64,000 nt of DNA. Origin: Parcubacteria group bacterium Gr01-1014_8. Its GTDB lineage: Bacteria > Patescibacteriota > Minisyncoccia > Phycocordibacterales > UBA2100. Positions 56,758-64,000 of the stretch are shown piece by piece. The translations under genes and the position numbers were made by a program. Where the stretch lies: the NCBI GenBank assembly GCA_007376385.1, contig VMGC01000005.1:119386-183385 (forward strand), written 5' to 3'. The notes beneath the pieces are model-generated. The model made no database searches and had not been told where the DNA came from. It saw only the letters and a list, made by a program, of their open reading frames with translations. Each line of letters opens with the position of its first letter. Position 1 is the first letter of the stretch.

Positions 56758-57544
56758 GTTTAAGATCCGCGCGACGACCAGTAATCCCCGGCAAGGCCTT
56801 CTTGTTGCAACATTCCTTATTCTTGTTGTTATCGGTGCCGATGTATTTATGGATGGAGCGATCCGCTCCCGTATTCGCCCGATGCTCGTGCCAGTTGCAA
56901 GTTTTGGAAGAAGCGCTGTTGCAGCCGTAGCTGGGCAGGATTTCTGGTCGTCCAGGCAGGCGCTTCTTAATGAGAATGAGAGTCTGCGCGAGCGCATCGA
57001 GAAAATGGAGGCGCAGAATGCGGGTTTTGAGGCGCTCCGCGATGACTACGAGGCGCTGCAAAAAATGATGGCGGTCACCGATGAGGAGGGAGAAAAAGGG
57101 CTCATCGCACCTATCGCTTCATCGTTTCGCGCATCACCCTACGGGACATTCATAATCGGTGCGGGTTTTACAAAAGGTGTGCGTGAGGGCGATATTGTTC
57201 TATCCGAAGGCGGGTTTGTTCTGGGCGCCGTGAGTGAAGTGAACGCAAAGAGTTCGCTGGTGCGCATGGTATTTGCTCCAGGACAAAAAACTGAAGTCGT
57301 TTCCGGTTCTACTGGTTTTACCATTTCCGGTCGCGGAGGCGGGAACGCAAGCGCGGAAGTTCCTCGTGAAGCCGCGCTTGCAGAGGGTGCGCCAGTACGT
57401 GCATCGATATATGAGGGCCGGCCCATCGGAATAATCGGGAACATAGAATCTGCGTCGTCGAGCGCATACGCGGAAATTCATGTTGTTTTTCCAATAAATT
57501 TAAATACCGTGCGATACGTATATATCGTGCCTGGAAATGAGTAA
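56732..57544 (+). CDS. mreC: rod shape-determining protein MreC
   Basis: An N-terminal TM segment, a coiled-coil (LLNENESLRERIEKMEAQNAGFEALRDDYEALQ) and a beta-rich C-terminal domain. The start is uncertain, between 56693 and 56735. Confidence 0.75.
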   Translation: MMNLYQRNKFKIRATTSNPRQGLLVATFLILVVIGADVFMDGAIRSRIRPMLVPVASFGRSAVAAVAGQDFWSSRQALLNENESLRERIEKMEAQNAGFEALRDDYEALQKMMAVTDEEGEKGLIAPIASSFRASPYGTFIIGAGFTKGVREGDIVLSEGGFVLGAVSEVNAKSSLVRMVFAPGQKTEVVSGSTGFTISGRGGGNASAEVPREAALAEGAPVRASIYEGRPIGIIGNIESASSSAYAEIHVVFPINLNTVRYVYIVPGNE

Positions 57545-57803
57545 TATGCGGCTTCTGTTAGCTATCCTCGGCATCGTCTTCGTTTTTATCGCGCCGCCGT
57601 GGCTTACGGCGATGTGCATCCTAGCCCTTTCACTGCGTTGGCGAGCGTGGGAAGTTCTGCTTATTGGCGCATGTGCAGACATCCTGTGGTTCCCGGGCAC
57701 TTTTTCGTATGGAATCCCGGTTGTTACGCTTTTTTCTCTCGTTGTGTTGATAATTCTTGAGCCACTGCGAAATGAACTGCTTGTCGACAGGAGGATGATT
57801 TAG
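57537..57803 (+). CDS. mreD: small membrane protein at the mreD position (MreD-like)
   Basis: 88 aa with 3 TM segments. The identity is inferred from the position between mreC and mrdA. Confidence 0.4.
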   Translation: MSNMRLLLAILGIVFVFIAPPWLTAMCILALSLRWRAWEVLLIGACADILWFPGTFSYGIPVVTLFSLVVLIILEPLRNELLVDRRMI

Positions 57804-59597
57804 TTGTATCGAATTCTGCTCACTCGACGTGATCCCGGTAGTGCGTATTATTTGTGCATGTGGCCGCTTCAGAGGCGAATACAAGTGCAGGAGATAGACC
57901 CTGACGAGATATTTCTCGATTCTTCGAACCTTCCGCGTTTAGACGAAGCGCAATTCGAAGGTCGCGTCGAGTTTCCAGTGACGCACATGGCGCTCATGGG
58001 CGTCGGGCTCGTATTCGGCCTGGGGGCGATTGTATTTCTTGGCCGAGCGTTCGATCTACAGATCCTGAATGGTTCTGAGTATGCAGACATATCACGTGAT
58101 AACCGCCTTGAGCGTTCCATAATCTTCGCAGAGCGCGGCATTATGCATGATAGGAGAGGGGTACCCGTAGCCTGGAACGAAGCGCCAGTGGACGATTCGC
58201 ACATCACTGTTGCAACGACGTCTGCGTACGTCGCCACGACAACTCCGTTCGCGTTCCGCACATATATTGCTTCCCCCGGATTTTCGCACCTTGTCGGCTT
58301 TGTTCGATATCCGAAGCAGGACACGTCCGGAGCGTGGTGGCGCGAAGATCATGTCGGGGTCTCTGGCCTCGAGCTTCTCCTCGATGGCGAGTTGCACGGG
58401 CAAAACGGCAGCCAGATGATAGAAACTGATGCGCGTGGCAATCTTCAGCGGGAACATATTGTCATTCCAGCGAGGAAAGGGCAGGACGTCACTATTTCAA
58501 TAGATGCCGATGTGCAGGCAAAATTGTACGAACTGCTTTCAGCGCACGCTGCAAACAATAATTTTCAAGGAGGAGCATCTGTCATCATGGACGTGAAGAC
58601 CGGCGAACTTCTAGCGCTCACTAGTTTTCCAGAATATGACCACGCGGCATTTTCCGCGGGAGATACAGACGCGATACGACGCGCGAATCTCGACAAACGC
58701 GTTCCGCTTTTGAATCGCGCGGTCGCAGGATTGTATACGCCGGGCTCGATAGTGAAGCCCATCCTTGCAGCGGGGGCGCTTCAAGAAAAGCTTATTGACC
58801 CGGAAAAGGAGATACTTTCGACGGGTCAGCTCGTTGTGCCGAATCCCTATGATGCGTCGGATCCGACTATTTATCGAGACTGGAAAGCTCACGGATACGT
58901 AGACATGCGCCGCGCCATTGCAGTCTCGTCCGACGTGTACTTCTACACCATTGGCGGCGGTTTTGGAGATCAGAAGGGGCTCGGCATCGCCCTCATTGAT
59001 ACATATGCGCGTGCGTTCGGCCTTGGCGCCGCAACCGGCATTCCGCTCATCGGCGAAGCGGCGGGTGTTATCCCGACACCCGAATGGAAAAAAGAGATAT
59101 TTGGTGAGCATGATCCGTGGCGACTTGGCGATACGTATATAACCGCGATCGGTCAATTCGGATTTCAAATCACACCTATTCAAGCGGTTCGATACACGGC
59201 TGCTATCGCGAACGGCGGCAATCTCGTAACGCCTAAAGTAGTGATGGGGGGAAAGGTGGAGTCATCGTCCGTCGGTATTTCAGATGACAAGTTGGGAATT
59301 ATTCGTGAAGGCATGAGAGCCGCTGTCTCATCCGATGCAGAAAGTCGGACCGCACGCGCGCTTGATATGCCGGGTTTTGCCATCTCGGGCAAGACGGGCA
59401 CAGCAGAAGTCGGCGAGCGAAATCAGTTCATGAACTCGTGGTCGATAGGGTATTGGCCGTCGGACAATCCGCGATTTGCATTTGCCACTGTTCTCGAGCG
59501 TGCCCCAGCGGGAACGCTTTCCGGCGCGGCTCCCGGTATGCGGCCTTTTTTTGAATGGCTCGCGGCGAATAAACCGGAATACGTGAGCGCCAATTGA
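57804..59597 (+). CDS. mrdA: penicillin-binding protein 2 (peptidoglycan D,D-transpeptidase)
   Basis: Active-site motifs GSIVKP (SxxK), SSD (SxD/N) and KTGTA. TTG start in the ORF track; an internal ATG is possible. Confidence 0.85.
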   Translation: MYRILLTRRDPGSAYYLCMWPLQRRIQVQEIDPDEIFLDSSNLPRLDEAQFEGRVEFPVTHMALMGVGLVFGLGAIVFLGRAFDLQILNGSEYADISRDNRLERSIIFAERGIMHDRRGVPVAWNEAPVDDSHITVATTSAYVATTTPFAFRTYIASPGFSHLVGFVRYPKQDTSGAWWREDHVGVSGLELLLDGELHGQNGSQMIETDARGNLQREHIVIPARKGQDVTISIDADVQAKLYELLSAHAANNNFQGGASVIMDVKTGELLALTSFPEYDHAAFSAGDTDAIRRANLDKRVPLLNRAVAGLYTPGSIVKPILAAGALQEKLIDPEKEILSTGQLVVPNPYDASDPTIYRDWKAHGYVDMRRAIAVSSDVYFYTIGGGFGDQKGLGIALIDTYARAFGLGAATGIPLIGEAAGVIPTPEWKKEIFGEHDPWRLGDTYITAIGQFGFQITPIQAVRYTAAIANGGNLVTPKVVMGGKVESSSVGISDDKLGIIREGMRAAVSSDAESRTARALDMPGFAISGKTGTAEVGERNQFMNSWSIGYWPSDNPRFAFATVLERAPAGTLSGAAPGMRPFFEWLAANKPEYVSAN

Positions 59598-59664
59598 ACT
59601 CTCTTTGTTAGGCAAGAGCATGTGATACTGCCTTTTCCCCACTCCGCACCTCTACCCTTGGCAA

Positions 59665-60177
59665 ATGTCATATGCCCTGTACAATACGCAGGCTATGAAT
59701 CCGAGAGAGGACGAAAACACATACTTGTCGCAAGAAAAGTTTGACGAATTGACGGAAGAATTGGAGCACCTGAAAACGGTGCGCCGACGCGAGATAGCCG
59801 AACAGCTTGAATACGCACGCTCGCTTGGCGACCTATCCGAGAACGCAGAATATGAGGAAGCCCGGAATTTACAGGCTGCGACAGAAGACCGCATCCGGGT
59901 CATTGAAGAGCAGCTCTCCCATGCGCGCATCATCGAGCACGCAAAAGGGAAGGGGAACACCGTCAGCCTCGGGACCACCGTCAGCATTCAAAAACAGGGC
60001 GATAAAGACGACCATATCTATGAGATAGTCGGTTCCGCTGAAGCAAACATGCAGGAGCGAAAAATATCGCACCTGTCGCCGCTCGGCTCTGCACTCATGG
60101 GCAAAAAGAAAGGTGATGTGTTCACGTTCGAAACCCCCAAAGGAGCTCAAAAGTACAAGATAGTCAGCATTAAATAG
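59665..60177 (+). CDS. greA: transcription elongation factor GreA
   Basis: An N-terminal coiled-coil (EEARNLQAATEDRIRVIEEQL) and a C-terminal FKBP-like domain. The alternative start at 59695 gives 160 aa. Confidence 0.85.
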   Translation: MSYALYNTQAMNPREDENTYLSQEKFDELTEELEHLKTVRRREIAEQLEYARSLGDLSENAEYEEARNLQAATEDRIRVIEEQLSHARIIEHAKGKGNTVSLGTTVSIQKQGDKDDHIYEIVGSAEANMQERKISHLSPLGSALMGKKKGDVFTFETPKGAQKYKIVSIK

Positions 60178-60251
60178 GAGCAAGAAGGGTTATCCACTGG
60201 GCGCGCTCAGGAGAGCGCGTTACGATGAAATGACTTAGTCTTAATCAATTC

Positions 60252-60713
60252 GTGCGTATGACATGGAAATATGGCAGTGCAGGTTCGTACTTTCCCGTAG
60301 TTGGGCGGGTTTTTATCGGGTTTCTCTTTTTGGCAGGTGCGTTTAAGTTTATGGATATGGCGGGAATCGCCGTGTACATCGGTTCGGTCGGGCTTCCGAT
60401 GCCGACGTTACTCGCGTGGGTCTCGACAGTGGCGGAAGTTGGAGGTGCGCTTATGCTTATCACTGGCTTTCACGCGAGAACAGCAGCGCTGGGGCTTGTG
60501 GTGTATACAGCACTTGCGACCGTCTTCTTTCACAATAATCTTGCCGACCAAATGCAATTCACGATGGCGCTCAAAAATATCGCCATTATTGGAGGACTTC
60601 TCTACATCGCAAAATTCGGTTCGGGAATGATGTCGGTGAAGGTCAACAAGGATTGCGGATGTTGTGATGACGGAAGTTGCGTGTGCGGCGCAGATCAAAA
60701 GAAAGCAATATAG
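60252..60713 (+). CDS. DoxX family membrane protein with a C-terminal Cys-rich tail
   Basis: DoxX-type 4-TM topology, with the tail DCGCCDDGSCVCGADQ. Confidence 0.7.
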   Translation: MRMTWKYGSAGSYFPVVGRVFIGFLFLAGAFKFMDMAGIAVYIGSVGLPMPTLLAWVSTVAEVGGALMLITGFHARTAALGLVVYTALATVFFHNNLADQMQFTMALKNIAIIGGLLYIAKFGSGMMSVKVNKDCGCCDDGSCVCGADQKKAI

Positions 60714-60723
60714 GCGGATGCAG

Positions 60724-60757
60724 TGGTCCTCCCGGCAGGAATCGAACCTGCATTAGT
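60724..60757 (-). other. orphan tRNA 3'-end fragment (variable loop, T-arm, 3' acceptor strand and encoded CCA) resembling the 3' half of the adjacent tRNA-Arg
   Basis: Minus strand: CTAATGCAGGTTCGATTCCTGCCGGGAGGACCA against tRNA-Arg GTAATGTAGGTTCGATTCCTACTGGGAGCA. No matching 5' acceptor strand was found within 170 nt. Confidence 0.5.
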
Positions 60758-60897
60758 CATGCATTATCTTCCGCTGAAGATATGCGCGACCCCGCCTCGT
60801 CCGCCCAAGGCGGACTCCGGCCTTGCGAAGCTGCGCACGCTCGCTTCTCACCCCTCGGAATGGACAATCCTACCTGCCCGTTCGCTGCTTATATCTG

Positions 60898-60969
60898 TGC
60901 TCCCAGTAGGAATCGAACCTACATTACAAGCTTCGGAAGCTTGCGTTCTATCCGTTGAACTATGGGAGC
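60898..60969 (-). tRNA. tRNA-Arg (anticodon CCG)
   Basis: Hand-folded: acceptor GCTCCCA/TGGGAGC, D-arm GTTC-AACGGATA-GAAC, anticodon stem CAAGC/GCTTG, loop TTCCGAA, T-loop TTCGATT. Confidence 0.85.
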
Positions 60970-61004
60970 AGCGACTTCGGGTCCATTGAACGACGGGAGG
61001 TATG

Positions 61005-61075
61005 TGGACCTACGGGGAGTCGGACCCCGACCTCGTCCATGCCATGGACGCGTTCTACCGCTGAACTATAGGCCC
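61005..61075 (-). tRNA. tRNA-Ala (anticodon GGC)
   Basis: Hand-folded: acceptor GGGCCTA with a G3:U70 wobble (the Ala identity element), anticodon loop ATGGCAT, T-stem CGGGG/CCCCG. Confidence 0.8.
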
Positions 61076-61124
61076 CATGTGAAGGACGTGAGAAAGAATA
61101 TACTACTGGCGCGAGAGCGTCCAA

Positions 61125-61358
61125 CTAATCTTCGAGCGGGCACGTGTTTCTGACTATCGCCAAAAAAATGAGTGTACTTACGACAAAAAAAGGAGCGAAA
61201 CTAAGCAATGTGTCACTCGCTGAATGTGATGCGAGATCAAGGCGTCGAAAATAAATGACATTGCCGAGCACCCAAACGATAGTGATGAGCCATGCCTGCC
61301 ACGTAATCGGTTTCCAGCACCATCCGTTGAAGGTCTTTCTAAACCAGTGTTGGTTCAT
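61125..61358 (-). CDS. small 2-TM ORF embedded in the tRNA array (questionable)
   Basis: 77-aa ORF ending 6 nt from the tRNA-Pro 3' end. It is hydrophobic but has no support beyond the ORF. Confidence 0.2.
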   Translation of the reverse strand: MNQHWFRKTFNGWCWKPITWQAWLITIVWVLGNVIYFRRLDLASHSASDTLLSFAPFFVVSTLIFLAIVRNTCPLED

Positions 61359-61363
61359 ATTTT

Positions 61364-61434
61364 TCGGGCTGTCGAGAATCGAACTCGAGCCACATGACCC
61401 CCAGCCATGCGTACTGCCACTATACTACAGCCCG
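61364..61434 (-). tRNA. tRNA-Pro (anticodon GGG)
   Basis: Hand-folded: C1:G72 acceptor CGGGCTG/CAGCCCG, anticodon loop CTGGGGG, T-loop TTCGATT. Confidence 0.8.
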
Positions 61435-61512
61435 GCAAAAAGGCAGGCCTCCAGTCCATCGTCGGGCCGTCTGGTGAGGATGTGGCGACGCACATTCGGA
61501 GAAATTCTTTTG

Positions 61513-61583
61513 TCGGGCCGCCGGGAATCGAACCCGGTCTTTACGAACCCGAATCGTACGTACTACCGGTATACTACGGCCCG
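61513..61583 (-). tRNA. tRNA-Pro (anticodon CGG)
   Basis: Hand-folded: acceptor CGGGCCG/CGGCCCG, anticodon loop TTCGGGT, T-loop TTCGATT. Confidence 0.8.
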
Positions 61584-61744
61584 GTAAAAGAATTTCTCAC
61601 CAACTCGTTCATGCTACCTTATTTACGGCCCGACGATGGACTTGAATGCTGGCCTACAACATACCGTGATTCGTACGGTCTGTTGTTGGAGAATCGTAAC
61701 AGAATCTGTGAATATCTGCACTTCAGAAAGTGCGTGTGGTCACG

Positions 61745-61942
61745 GATAATTTCTTGCTAGAAATTTCCGCGACCCCGGCTTGGCCCGTCGGCCTCCGCCT
61801 TGCACATGCTGCGCTTCGCTCGCTACAGTGGTCAGGAATATTTTCCTTGTCGACACAAGGAAAATTTCACGACCCTGGCTCGCGGTTTCGTTTGCTAACG
61901 AAACATCGCTCCGCCTTGCACAAGCTACGCTTCGCTCGCTTG
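61745..61942. repeat. two imperfect tandem units of about 100 bp (GAAATTTCCGCGACCCCGGC…CTCCGCCTTGCACANGCTNCGCTTCGCTCGCT) directly 3' of tRNA-Val; a related motif also lies 3' of tRNA-Arg (about 60790-60855)
   Basis: Hand alignment of the three copies. Each carries a different but self-complementary hairpin after the shared motif. Confidence 0.5.
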
Positions 61943-62016
61943 TGCACCCTTCAGGATTTGAACCTGAGACCTTTCGAATGTGAATCGAACGCTCTAACCA
62001 GCTGAGCTAAGGGTGC
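61943..62016 (-). tRNA. tRNA-Val (anticodon CAC)
   Basis: Hand-folded: acceptor GCACCCT/AGGGTGC, D-arm GCTC-AGCTGGTTAG-AGC, anticodon loop TTCACAT, T-loop TTCAAAT. Confidence 0.85.
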
Positions 62017-62215
62017 GTTACGGGATTATAAAGGCTAGCGAGTGGTATTGCGAGACACAGGTAAGCAGGAGTTGGTAGTCTCGTCTATTACCATACCACC
62101 ACACCAGGTTTCCTCGATCCGACTGGTGTGGTGCGACCAATTTTTTTTCCGGTATCCGGCTTAGAAAAATGGAAGTGCCCGTGTGGTAGTATGACAAAGG
62201 TTCCTCGAAGCGAGC

Positions 62216-62300
62216 TCCTAGGTATTGAACCTGTGTTTGTTCCTCGGCTCGGAAATGCAAAAGTGCTCTTTTGCATTTCACTCGCAACGCTCGCAAATAA
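62216..62300 (+). repeat. element of about 88 nt, copy 3 (5' part diverged)
   Basis: …GGTATTGAACCTGTGTTTGTTCCTCGGCTCGGAAATGCAAAAGTGCTCTTTTGCATTTCACTCGCAACGCTCGCAAATAAA. Confidence 0.5.
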
Positions 62301-62306
62301 ATCTAC

Positions 62307-62771
62307 ATGGAGACGAAATATATCTTAGTGCCATTCGCAGCTGCTTTTGGTCTTTTTATGGTGGCGTGGCTTTTTGCTTCAATGATAGGGGTACCGTCTC
62401 CGGGCCATGCGATAACAAATTTTGATGAATGTGCAGCGGCAGGGAATTCGATAATGGAATCGTATCCAAGGCAATGCTCTGCAAACGGACAAACGTTCGT
62501 CGAAGAAATTTCGTCAGGAATGCCTGTACCAGGCGCTGTGGTGTTTAACAGCTGTGCTGTTGCAGGTTGCAGCGGTCAGCTCTGCGTCTCTGCCGTCGAA
62601 GCGGAAAATATAATGACAACGTGCGAGCATCGCCCGGAATATATTTGTTATCGCGATGCATCATGTGAGCCGCAGCAAAACGGCGAGTGCGGATGGACAG
62701 AGACGTTGGAGCTGAAACAGTGCCTTACGAACCCGCCACCCGAGGAGCCTATTGATGTCGAGATGATCTAG
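62307..62771 (+). CDS. secreted Cys-rich hypothetical protein
   Basis: 154 aa with a signal peptide and 12 Cys in the mature part. Confidence 0.4.
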   Translation: METKYILVPFAAAFGLFMVAWLFASMIGVPSPGHAITNFDECAAAGNSIMESYPRQCSANGQTFVEEISSGMPVPGAVVFNSCAVAGCSGQLCVSAVEAENIMTTCEHRPEYICYRDASCEPQQNGECGWTETLELKQCLTNPPPEEPIDVEMI

Positions 62772-62946
62772 TCGCGGCATAAGAAACTTTTTGCTACCAT
62801 TGTCCCGCACGGGCCTATATACAGGAGCCATATAGACCCTTCGTTCGAAAAGAATGTAAGCGAGCTTCCGCTCTTTTCTCATTGGGGCCTATAGTAAAGT
62901 GGCATTACGCAGCATTCGCATTGCTGAGGCAGGGGTCCGATTCCCC

Positions 62947-64000
62947 TTAGGTCCACCAAAATTGATTTGCCGAAGAAGTTGCCTCGGGGCTTCGCCCCTC
63001 GGCATTGGTTTCCGCCAAGAAATTCCAGGGGGTTTTGAATTCCGCCAAAAGCATTCCCGCCGGTTCGAGCCAATGATTGCCTTTTCGTTCAAAATCACTC
63101 AATTTCTCCTCAATCGTTTTCTTTTCCGCCATTAAAATATTTTTATTTTCTTGATACTCGGCAAGCTCCAACGCCTCTGCTAAATATGCGTCTGTTAGTC
63201 GCTCCAATCGTATTTTAATGGCGGAAATATTATCGCGGAGATTTTGAGCGAAAAGGTCTGACGAGTGGCGGGATTCCGATTGCTCGCTTTCAAGGCGAGC
63301 AAGATATTTTTCCCGCCATTCGTCGGGCAAAGAAACTTTTTGACAAAGATTTTTCACTTGCTCGGTTAGCACTTCTTCCCGCAAAAAGCGATTTTCAGTA
63401 CATTCAATAGTTTTGCTCTTGTGGGTGCAACGATAGTAAATAAATTTCAAACCACTTTTCTTTATATGTCGCTCGGCGGTTATGGCGTAGCCACATACCC
63501 CACAAGTAGCAAAGCCTAAAAACTGAAAATTCTTTGGTCCTCGCTTTTTGCGGGGTTTACCATTCGCTATACGCGCCTCTTGGATTTGGTCAAAAAGTTT
63601 CTTTGAAATCATTGGCTTATGCGATCCGGCATGCACCTCGCCACGATATTGAAAATGTCCGTAGTAAAAAGGATTAGTCAAAATATGCTCAACCGAGGCA
63701 AGAGCGAGGTGCTTGCCGGTCTTGCCAACCAAGCCGACAGAAAACATTTTGCGCTGAATACCAGTGAGCGTAAATTGTCCCGTAGCAAAAGCCCCTAAAC
63801 ACTCCTTTACTTTGCCAAAAGTTTTTCTATCAGGTTCAATCGTCCGAAGTCGTGGCTCGTTGAAATATCCGAGAGGGGCTTTTGCCGAAAGTTCACCACG
63901 ACGTATTTTTTGCCGAATACCGCGCAAAATGTTTTCTCTTAAATTGTCGGTGTAATATTTTGCTTGTCCGAAAGCGACACTCAACATAAATTTTCCTTGG
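62947..64000 (-). CDS. large serine recombinase (recombinase domain plus zinc ribbon); the N-terminal catalytic domain lies beyond the window edge
   Basis: …YYTDNLRENILRGIRQKIRRGE… (resolvase/recombinase linker region). The recombinase-domain zinc ribbon CGVCGYAITAERH…YYRCTHK. A C-terminal coiled-coil. The ORF is open to the window end. Confidence 0.75.
   Translation of the reverse strand, partial: QGKFMLSVAFGQAKYYTDNLRENILRGIRQKIRRGELSAKAPLGYFNEPRLRTIEPDRKTFGKVKECLGAFATGQFTLTGIQRKMFSVGLVGKTGKHLALASVEHILTNPFYYGHFQYRGEVHAGSHKPMISKKLFDQIQEARIANGKPRKKRGPKNFQFLGFATCGVCGYAITAERHIKKSGLKFIYYRCTHKSKTIECTENRFLREEVLTEQVKNLCQKVSLPDEWREKYLARLESEQSESRHSSDLFAQNLRDNISAIKIRLERLTDAYLAEALELAEYQENKNILMAEKKTIEEKLSDFERKGNHWLEPAGMLLAEFKTPWNFLAETNAEGRSPEATSSANQFWWT

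Noticed and set aside
60724-61000. tmRNA spanning the CCA-bearing T-arm fragment
   Set aside because: The only complementary 5' acceptor candidate (CGGGAGG at 60994) would enclose an intact tRNA-Arg. There is no G3:U70 alanine-identity acceptor and no tag-reading-frame or pseudoknot pattern. It is scored as an orphan tRNA 3' fragment instead.

Overview
This is a 64-kb bacterial window, gene-dense and mostly housekeeping and accessory genes. I cannot place the lineage from sequence alone.

Recognisable housekeeping genes and blocks:
- ppsA (PEP synthase)
- def-fmt operon
- two mreB paralogs, one followed by mreC, mreD and mrdA (PBP2)
- frr, a minimal nucleotidyltransferase, rseP, proS
- holB-like delta-prime, greA, hpf
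- six tRNAs, including a 5-gene minus-strand array

Accessory content:
- A copper/metal block: CopB-type P1B ATPase, a multicopper oxidase with a Met-rich insert, and small Cys-rich, His-rich and Met/Gly-rich proteins.
- An ECF sigma factor with a candidate anti-sigma partner.
- A GH3 glycosidase, a VIT1-family transporter, and two large secreted peptidoglycan-binding proteins (one with thrombospondin type 3 repeats, one with Fn3 domains).
- A plastic region at 24-33 kb holding a GIY-YIG nuclease, XRE/DUF2975 pair, a HicB antitoxin with a nonsense-mutated HicA, gene remnants and duplicated paralogs.
- A truncated serine recombinase at the 3' edge, next to the tRNA array.

The strongest candidate for an undescribed system is a co-directional, tightly packed block of ten ORFs at 40301-50325, directly downstream of the solitary mreB paralog. 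None has a motif I recognise. It contains three repeats of a module made of a small helical protein followed by a membrane or helical partner.

Several structured repeat families punctuate the intergenic regions: a 5-copy palindromic hairpin with the invariant core GTGCCGGTCGGCAC, a 3-copy element of about 88 nt, and an element pair of about 80 nt. All show compensatory stem changes between copies.
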